A stretch of 14,682 nucleotides of DNA, taken from the NCBI GenBank assembly GCA_051439425.1, contig JBFRWD010000001.1, positions 1 to 14,682 of the forward strand. The letters run 5' to 3'. The notes below the pieces were generated by a model. The model was given only the letters and a program-made list of their open reading frames with translations, ran no database searches and was not told the DNA's origin. Positions 9,570 through 14,682 of the stretch are shown one piece after another. Origin of the DNA: Synechococcus sp. Lineage in GTDB: Bacteria > Cyanobacteriota > Cyanobacteriia > Thermostichales > PCC-7336. The stretch's first letter is position 1. Each line of letters starts with the position of its first letter. A program made the position numbers and the translations under genes.

Positions 9570-10616
9570 TCACTGAGATTCCACTCTCAGAATCGGTGTA
9601 ACATCTGCTGTAATTCTGACAGCCTTATTCATTCGCGTAGAAATTTCTTCTGCCAGGATATCGGTACTGGTTTGTACATTATCCAACTCATCTCTTGGAG
9701 TCTCTATACGAAATTTTATCGTCACCGATCCGTCCTTTTGGAACTTAGTCTTTACACTTATAATATTTGTATTTCCTGTAAATATATCTGCTCTTTCTTG
9801 TCTGAGATCGAAAATAGTTCTTGTTGCTACAGTCCTTGTATAAATTTGATCGAAAGAAAAGTCTAAAGGCTGAAACAGTATGAACAGTGAAACAGTCAAA
9901 ATACTTAGACTAAAAAGAGATCGTTTCACGGTACCGTAGCCTTGCCACAGAAAAACGATGACGCTACTGAATATTATCCCTAATAAATTTGTCAAAAAAA
10001 GCAGAAATGAACCAACTGATATTCCTGTCTGAAGACCTGCGCTGTTCGATATTTGTCCTCCTAAATCACCTAGATATAAGCCTATCCCAAGCACGCATAG
10101 CGGTGGGACGAGGGCAACGGAAATAGCCACACCAGGTAAAGTCATGGCTATACTTTTCCGCGTATTGGCAAAGGCTGCCGCTAATCCTGCAGCCACTGCA
10201 ACACCTAGATCGAGAGAATTCGGGTTCGTTCGGCCTAAAATTTCAGGACCTGCAAATGACAAACTTAATATAGATGCACTCAGATAAGATATAAAAATCA
10301 CTAAAGCAATACCTGAAAACAAGGAAAACGTTGCACGTGCAATAATCCTTAGATTTAAAACAGATAAAGCATATGCGAGAGATATGATTGGGCTCATTAA
10401 TGGAGCAATAATCATAGCTCCAATAATAGTAGCTGCACTATTTGTCAACAATCCAAATGTGGCAATTGCTGCAGCAAGAGAAAGCAATAGATAAAAATTT
10501 AGGGTAGGCAGCGATGACTGCAACTGAATGGAACTAAACTCCTCAATTGTAATAGGAGCTTCCTTCATGATTCGTAAATCTTTTCTTAGTCCATTCAGAT
10601 AATTCCTGATGCTCAT
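9570..10616 (-). CDS. DUF389 (TIGR00341-like) multi-pass membrane protein
   Basis: Family motifs NSAATIIGAMIIAPLMSPI, EILGRTNPNSLDLGVA, LPGVAISVALVPPL and LLFLTNL. About 7 hydrophobic segments and a soluble C-terminal tail. Confidence 0.9.
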   Translation of the reverse strand: MSIRNYLNGLRKDLRIMKEAPITIEEFSSIQLQSSLPTLNFYLLLSLAAAIATFGLLTNSAATIIGAMIIAPLMSPIISLAYALSVLNLRIIARATFSLFSGIALVIFISYLSASILSLSFAGPEILGRTNPNSLDLGVAVAAGLAAAFANTRKSIAMTLPGVAISVALVPPLCVLGIGLYLGDLGGQISNSAGLQTGISVGSFLLFLTNLLGIIFSSVIVFLWQGYGTVKRSLFSLSILTVSLFILFQPLDFSFDQIYTRTVATRTIFDLRQERADIFTGNTNIISVKTKFQKDGSVTIKFRIETPRDELDNVQTSTDILAEEISTRMNKAVRITADVTPILRVESQ

Positions 10617-10762
10617 TTTTCGAATACATCGCTAGGTTCTTACATATTATGGAATTGACTTTGCGGATAAAGCAATTTCCGATGAGAATATGGCGGCCTC
10701 TTGTCCCTCCCTACAGAATGGGTGATGTGCTCAACACACTTGAAGTATTGAGAAATGGCTGG

Positions 10763-11698
10763 ATGTTTATAACGCGCATTTTGCCGACTCTTATGGTCTT
10801 CATGGGATTCGGGCTGTTGGTCAGTTGCTTGATATTGAATCAATCGGTAGCGCAATCAATGGATCGCTCGACTTGTGAGGTGGGCAGAGAATTTGTCTGG
10901 GTACAGGAAGGTTCGTTCATGAGCGGTAGCGATCGCGCCGAACGAGATTACGCCTACAAGCTCTCTGCCGAAACAGCAGCCGCAGGGAACCCAGACCGAG
11001 TCGATGCGATCGCTCAAGGATTGCTACAGTCCCGATGGTTTGAGGGAGAATTCGACCGTCAGGAGCGCACCCTACCAGGTTTTTGCTTGGCCACCAACTT
11101 GGTCACCAACAATGACTATCTAGAATTTGTGGAAGCGACTGGACATCGAGAACCAGGAATATCGCCGCAGGATTATCAGACACAAGGATTTTTGGTGCAT
11201 CCCTACAGCAAGGTAGAGGAATTTTTGTGGAATGAGGGAACGTACCCGGACGGAAACGGACCGCATCCGGTGGTGCTGGTGTCCTATGACGATGCGCTGG
11301 CCTATGCAGAATGGCGAGGCGATCGCGATAGGGCTCGATATCGATTACCGACGGAAGCAGAATGGGAGAAAGCGGCTCGTGGGGACGATGGGCGGTATTT
11401 TCCTTGGGGGAGCGAATGGGAGATAAAAGCTACGAATGTGGCCGAAACGGGACTCTTGCACACCAATTCCGTGGCAGAATTTCCCCTCAGCCGCAGCGTG
11501 TACGGAGTAGAGGATATGTCGGGAAATGTGTTCGAATTCACCTCTACATTGCAAGAGCGCAACGGTCGAACAGTCGCTGTGATGAAAGGGTGCTCTTGGG
11601 ACGATCTGCCCGGATTTTGTCGGGCCGCTTACCGACATACTCGCCCGATTGGCTCGCGCCACATCCTGTTTGGCTTTCGGCTAGTCCGAGACAATTAG
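10763..11698 (+). CDS. SUMF1/EgtB/PvdO (formylglycine-generating-enzyme fold) protein, probably exported
   Basis: HPVVLVSYDDALAYAEW, RLPTEAEWEKAARG, FPWG, DMSGNVFEF and GFRL. ATG 10763 gives a signal-peptide-like N-terminus (MFITRILPTLMVFMGFGLLVSCLILNQSVA). The start is uncertain (10649 is the longest option). Confidence 0.88.
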   Translation: MFITRILPTLMVFMGFGLLVSCLILNQSVAQSMDRSTCEVGREFVWVQEGSFMSGSDRAERDYAYKLSAETAAAGNPDRVDAIAQGLLQSRWFEGEFDRQERTLPGFCLATNLVTNNDYLEFVEATGHREPGISPQDYQTQGFLVHPYSKVEEFLWNEGTYPDGNGPHPVVLVSYDDALAYAEWRGDRDRARYRLPTEAEWEKAARGDDGRYFPWGSEWEIKATNVAETGLLHTNSVAEFPLSRSVYGVEDMSGNVFEFTSTLQERNGRTVAVMKGCSWDDLPGFCRAAYRHTRPIGSRHILFGFRLVRDN

Positions 11699-11704
11699 AA
11701 ATTT

Positions 11705-12427
11705 CTAGAATTCGAGCGTCCATAGCGGGGTCAGCCCTGCGATCGCCCCAGCAAACAACAGCGCAGGCAAAAAATTTCCCAACCGCAACTGCGTCACCTG
11801 CAATAGATTCAACCCAATGCCCATCACCACCAATCCGCCGATCGCTGTCAGCGCCTCCACTGCCGAGTCGTTGACGAAATCCCCAGCCACCATGCCAATC
11901 AGCGTCCAAGCTCCCTGATAGATAGCGATGGGCAACGTTGAGAACAAGGTTCCGATACCGAGACTGGCCGTGAAGGCGATCGACACAATGCCATCTAAGC
12001 CCGATTTAATCAGCAGCAGCGACGGATCGCCCAACAGTCCATCCTGAATTCCCCCCAAAATTGCCATTGGCCCCACCAGGAATAACAAGCTGCTGGCCAC
12101 AAATGCTTTGGTAATCGGGTTCGGGCCAAACCGCCGACTCACCCAGCGCTCGATCGCCTGCCCCAGCAGCTGCAACCAACGCTCGATGTTGATTAATTCT
12201 CCGCAAACCGCCCCCAACACCATCGACACGATCGCGATCGAAAACTGTGCCGCACTGCCAGAAGTCAGAGCCATCTGTGCCCCAACCACCACCACAATCA
12301 ACCCAATTCCTTGCAAAACAATCTCGCTGACCCGCTCCGGCATCCGCTGACCGATCGCCCATCCCAAGCTGGAGCCGAGAGCGATCGTCGCTACATTCAC
12401 CACCGTGCCAATTCCGGGAATTGCCAT
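11705..12427 (-). CDS. DUF554 (YdfK/YqgA-like) membrane protein
   Basis: GTVVNVATIALGSSLG, GELINIE, FVASSLLFLVGPMAILGGIQDGL and LIKSGLDG; highly hydrophobic. ATG 12427 is preferred over TTG 12439. Confidence 0.9.
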   Translation of the reverse strand: MAIPGIGTVVNVATIALGSSLGWAIGQRMPERVSEIVLQGIGLIVVVVGAQMALTSGSAAQFSIAIVSMVLGAVCGELINIERWLQLLGQAIERWVSRRFGPNPITKAFVASSLLFLVGPMAILGGIQDGLLGDPSLLLIKSGLDGIVSIAFTASLGIGTLFSTLPIAIYQGAWTLIGMVAGDFVNDSAVEALTAIGGLVVMGIGLNLLQVTQLRLGNFLPALLFAGAIAGLTPLWTLEF

Positions 12428-12613
12428 ACCATCCTGCAAATGCCAGTGGCTTCAGCCTAGGACATATAGCGCTAGGCAATCTGCTATGGAGAGTTATCCA
12501 CTCATATCTCCTTGTAGATTAAGGCTTTGAGCTGTTTACACAATCCAGACCTTACAGCGGATTGCTACAACTAAAATCGAGAGGCATTTTCTGCTGGGGA
12601 ACCTAGGCTGCAA

Positions 12614-13414
12614 CTATTCAATCTCGGCTAAAAGGTCTTTCAGAAATCGCACAACTTGCTCGGATTTTTGTGGGTTGAGGGCATCAGGGTGGGGGGAGGC
12701 AAATCGACCTGAGTCGTTATCAAAATACAAGCCAGTCGCTGTTTCAAACTCTTCAGATAGTGCCGCCCGAGTGACTATCTCCGCACCCGTTCGAATATCC
12801 CCGCCTGCTACACCAAACGCTTCCTTCACCATCTTGCTCCCCAACATCGACCCCGGATTAACCGCAACTATTACAGGTCCATCTCCGTTTAGCGTCATAC
12901 CTAGCTTACGAGACCACATTGTCAGGGCTAGCTTGCTCTGTGCATAAGCAGGTCCACCCGATAATTGCACTCGTCCGACAAAAGCATCCAAGTTGACCGG
13001 AGATTGTGCAGCAGAGGAAAGATTGACAATCCGTCCCGACGCATCCATCAACGGTAAGAGCAGTTGAGTGAGTCGATAGGGGGCGATCGCATTCACAACA
13101 AACCGCACATCCAGACCTTCGTCTGTCACGGGATTGGAGGTTCGATAAACCCCTGCATTGTTGATCAGTACATCAAGCTTTGAATGCTTATCTATCACAG
13201 CGTTGGCAAGAGCTGCTACATCAGCCATGCGAGACAAATCGGCCAAATAGCTTTCAACAGCCCCACCATCTGCAGCAAGTACTTTATTGACTGTCTCGAG
13301 TTTGGCAGCATTACGTCCGTGCAATAGGACCGTATGACCCTGTGATACCAAATTTCTGGCTGTCTCAAGGCCAATGCCATCAGTCGAACCAGTAATTAAA
13401 ATAGTTTTTGCCAT
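12614..13414 (-). CDS. Classical SDR family NAD(P)-dependent oxidoreductase
   Basis: MAKTILITGSTDGIG (TGxxxGxG), NNAG, NLSS and catalytic YAQSK. Start is ATG 13414 or 13417. Confidence 0.93.
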   Translation of the reverse strand: MAKTILITGSTDGIGLETARNLVSQGHTVLLHGRNAAKLETVNKVLAADGGAVESYLADLSRMADVAALANAVIDKHSKLDVLINNAGVYRTSNPVTDEGLDVRFVVNAIAPYRLTQLLLPLMDASGRIVNLSSAAQSPVNLDAFVGRVQLSGGPAYAQSKLALTMWSRKLGMTLNGDGPVIVAVNPGSMLGSKMVKEAFGVAGGDIRTGAEIVTRAALSEEFETATGLYFDNDSGRFASPHPDALNPQKSEQVVRFLKDLLAEIE

Positions 13415-13506
13415 CATCCTTATTTCTTCATCGTTGTCAGGTTGGCAGTGAATGGTGTAGTGAGTCCCTACTGTTAGCACCAATGGGATGAGCGCATTCT
13501 GGACTC

Positions 13507-14472
13507 TTAGGCAAAAGTCGGAAGAATTTCATCAGCAAGACGCTTGAGGGTTGTCTCAACATCTGCGCGGTTAAAGCGCAAATTCAAGGCGACGTGGTTT
13601 ACGCCAATCTCCTCCAAGAGTTTTAGATGGTCGTGCAGACGGCGGGTACCCAGCCTTAGTCCCAAATGAATCGGTAGCGGTGGTGCATTGGGGTCGTCCA
13701 CTACATCGATGTAGAGAGGTTGCATGACTGGCTTTGCAGATTGGCCCGCTGTATCGACTTGGGTTTGCCAGTCTTCGATGATTCGTGCCTGCAGGGTTGG
13801 ATTGCGAGGATAAATCATCCAGCCATCCCCATTTTGAGCAATCCATTCAGGCGTTTGTTGGCTACCCCCAGTAATCAATAGTGGCAGTTTTTCAGAGGTT
13901 GGTTTTGGCAGCATATCCATTCCACCGCCGGGGCTGCCGTAGGTATTGTCAAAGGTCGGTGTGTCTTGGCCGACTTGCCTGATGTAGTCAAAGCTGGCTC
14001 GGAACCTCGCACCGCGATCGCCAAATGGCAGATTGAGGGCCGGGTATTCTTCCGGGCGATCGCCAGACGCCACGCCTAAAATCAGACGCCCTGCCGACAG
14101 CACATCTACCGTAGCCGCCGCCTTCGCCACATGGGCCGGATGGCGCAGCGGCAGAATGATGCTGGAAACTCCTAAGGCAATCCGCTTGGTTTGACCAGCC
14201 AATAGCCCCAAGTAAACGAAGGGATCGTAAGTCTGACCGGCATCTCCAAATGACGGCACATTGAACGGAACATCCCGCAGCCATATGGCAGAGAATCCCA
14301 ACGTTTCTGCCAGTTGAACCCGCTCGATGTGGCGGGTCATTTCCGGTACGGGACCGGCAATATAACTCTCGATGGGGGCCACTAATCCAAGACTGAGCCG
14401 ATTGGGCCGAAACACCGAGTTGTATCCCCGGTTGATGGGCTGAAAATCTATACCTTCAGCATGTATCAGCAT
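13507..14472 (-). CDS. Luciferase-like (LLM class) flavin-dependent oxidoreductase, BA3436/TIGR03571-like
   Basis: AETLGFSAIWLRDVPF, DPFVYLG, LPLRHPAHVAKAAATVDVLSAGRLILGVASGDRPEEYP and GVNHVALNL. ATG 14472 gives 321 aa. The ORF-track extension to 14622 runs into the IS. Confidence 0.92.
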   Translation of the reverse strand: MLIHAEGIDFQPINRGYNSVFRPNRLSLGLVAPIESYIAGPVPEMTRHIERVQLAETLGFSAIWLRDVPFNVPSFGDAGQTYDPFVYLGLLAGQTKRIALGVSSIILPLRHPAHVAKAAATVDVLSAGRLILGVASGDRPEEYPALNLPFGDRGARFRASFDYIRQVGQDTPTFDNTYGSPGGGMDMLPKPTSEKLPLLITGGSQQTPEWIAQNGDGWMIYPRNPTLQARIIEDWQTQVDTAGQSAKPVMQPLYIDVVDDPNAPPLPIHLGLRLGTRRLHDHLKLLEEIGVNHVALNLRFNRADVETTLKRLADEILPTFA

Positions 14473-14557
14473 ATTGATTCCGTTCGGTAGCGAAGGGTGA
14501 ATTGAATGACCGAGAGATGACCTGAAACGTAAGCCTGACAAACGATTAGGAAAAACC

Positions 14558-14682
14558 GGTCGTGCCTCAGAGAAACGTGGGATAGGTAACAAGGTCCTGC
14601 CAAGACCAAGGGCAAGAGGCAAGTCCAGCTCGTTGGGCAGCCGTATCTTTCGTACGACTATGGCACCAAATCCAGTTGAAAT
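14558..14682 (-). mobile_element. End of a probable IS1-family insertion sequence (cut by the window)
   Basis: The transposase-like tail ends 9 bp before a terminus that reads GGTCGTGCCTCA inward from 14558. This fits the GGTnnTG pattern of IS1-family inverted repeats, with the stop codon inside the IR. Confidence 0.75.
14567..14680 (-). CDS. IS1-family transposase, C-terminal 37 aa (partial)
   Basis: Manual translation FNWIWCHSRTKDTAAQRAGLASCPWSWQDLVTYPTFL* matches the remembered FNW..H...T[AP]A.RAGL...PW.W...TYPT tail of cyanobacterial IS1-like transposases. It is not in the ORF track. Confidence 0.78.
   Translation of the reverse strand, partial: FNWIWCHSRTKDTAAQRAGLASCPWSWQDLVTYPTFL

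Larger units (their letters stand above)
86..14063. repeat. Dispersed HIP1 octamers (GCGATCGC)
   Basis: Perfect copies start at 86, 1334, 1956, 2403, 2461, 2919, 4247, 7749, 10929, 11006, 11319, 11739, 13083, 14014 and 14056. Fewer than one would be expected by chance in 14.7 kb. This is a cyanobacterial hallmark. Confidence 0.9.

Noticed and set aside
12495..12503. DnaA box-like TTATCCACT
   Set aside because: A single 8/9 match with no cluster, consistent with chance.
14473..14682. Long N-terminal extension of LLM, or a transposase-LLM fusion (the LLM frame stays open to the window end)
   Set aside because: The transposase-like sequence is in a different frame with its own stop at 14567, and the extension has no recognisable features.
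1..14682. A single unified novel system, CRISPR array or structural RNA gene
   Set aside because: Genes are of mixed orientation and unrelated function. No regularly spaced repeats or tRNA/rRNA signatures were seen by eye.

Overview
Chromosomal window from a cyanobacterium with beta-carboxysomes (about 15 perfect HIP1 GCGATCGC sites counted by eye, plus ccmP). Order: 3' end of a probable vanadium-dependent haloperoxidase (+, cut by the window, missed by the ORF track); a boxC/REP-like repeat; clpB (-); two tandem sensor-GGDEF-EAL genes (+); ccmP (-); an AT-rich DUF389 membrane protein (-); a probably exported SUMF1/FGE-fold protein (+); a DUF554 membrane protein (-); an SDR and a luciferase-like monooxygenase (-); and the end of a probable IS1-family element (-, also missed by the ORF track). 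No CRISPR, rRNA or tRNA was seen. I cannot support a single new multi-gene system. The best leads are the haloperoxidase with an apparent insertion next to its vanadate-binding His, the c-di-GMP pair with swapped sensor order and complementary motif changes, and the IS just upstream of the LLM-SDR pair. Family calls come from remembered motifs, not from database searches.
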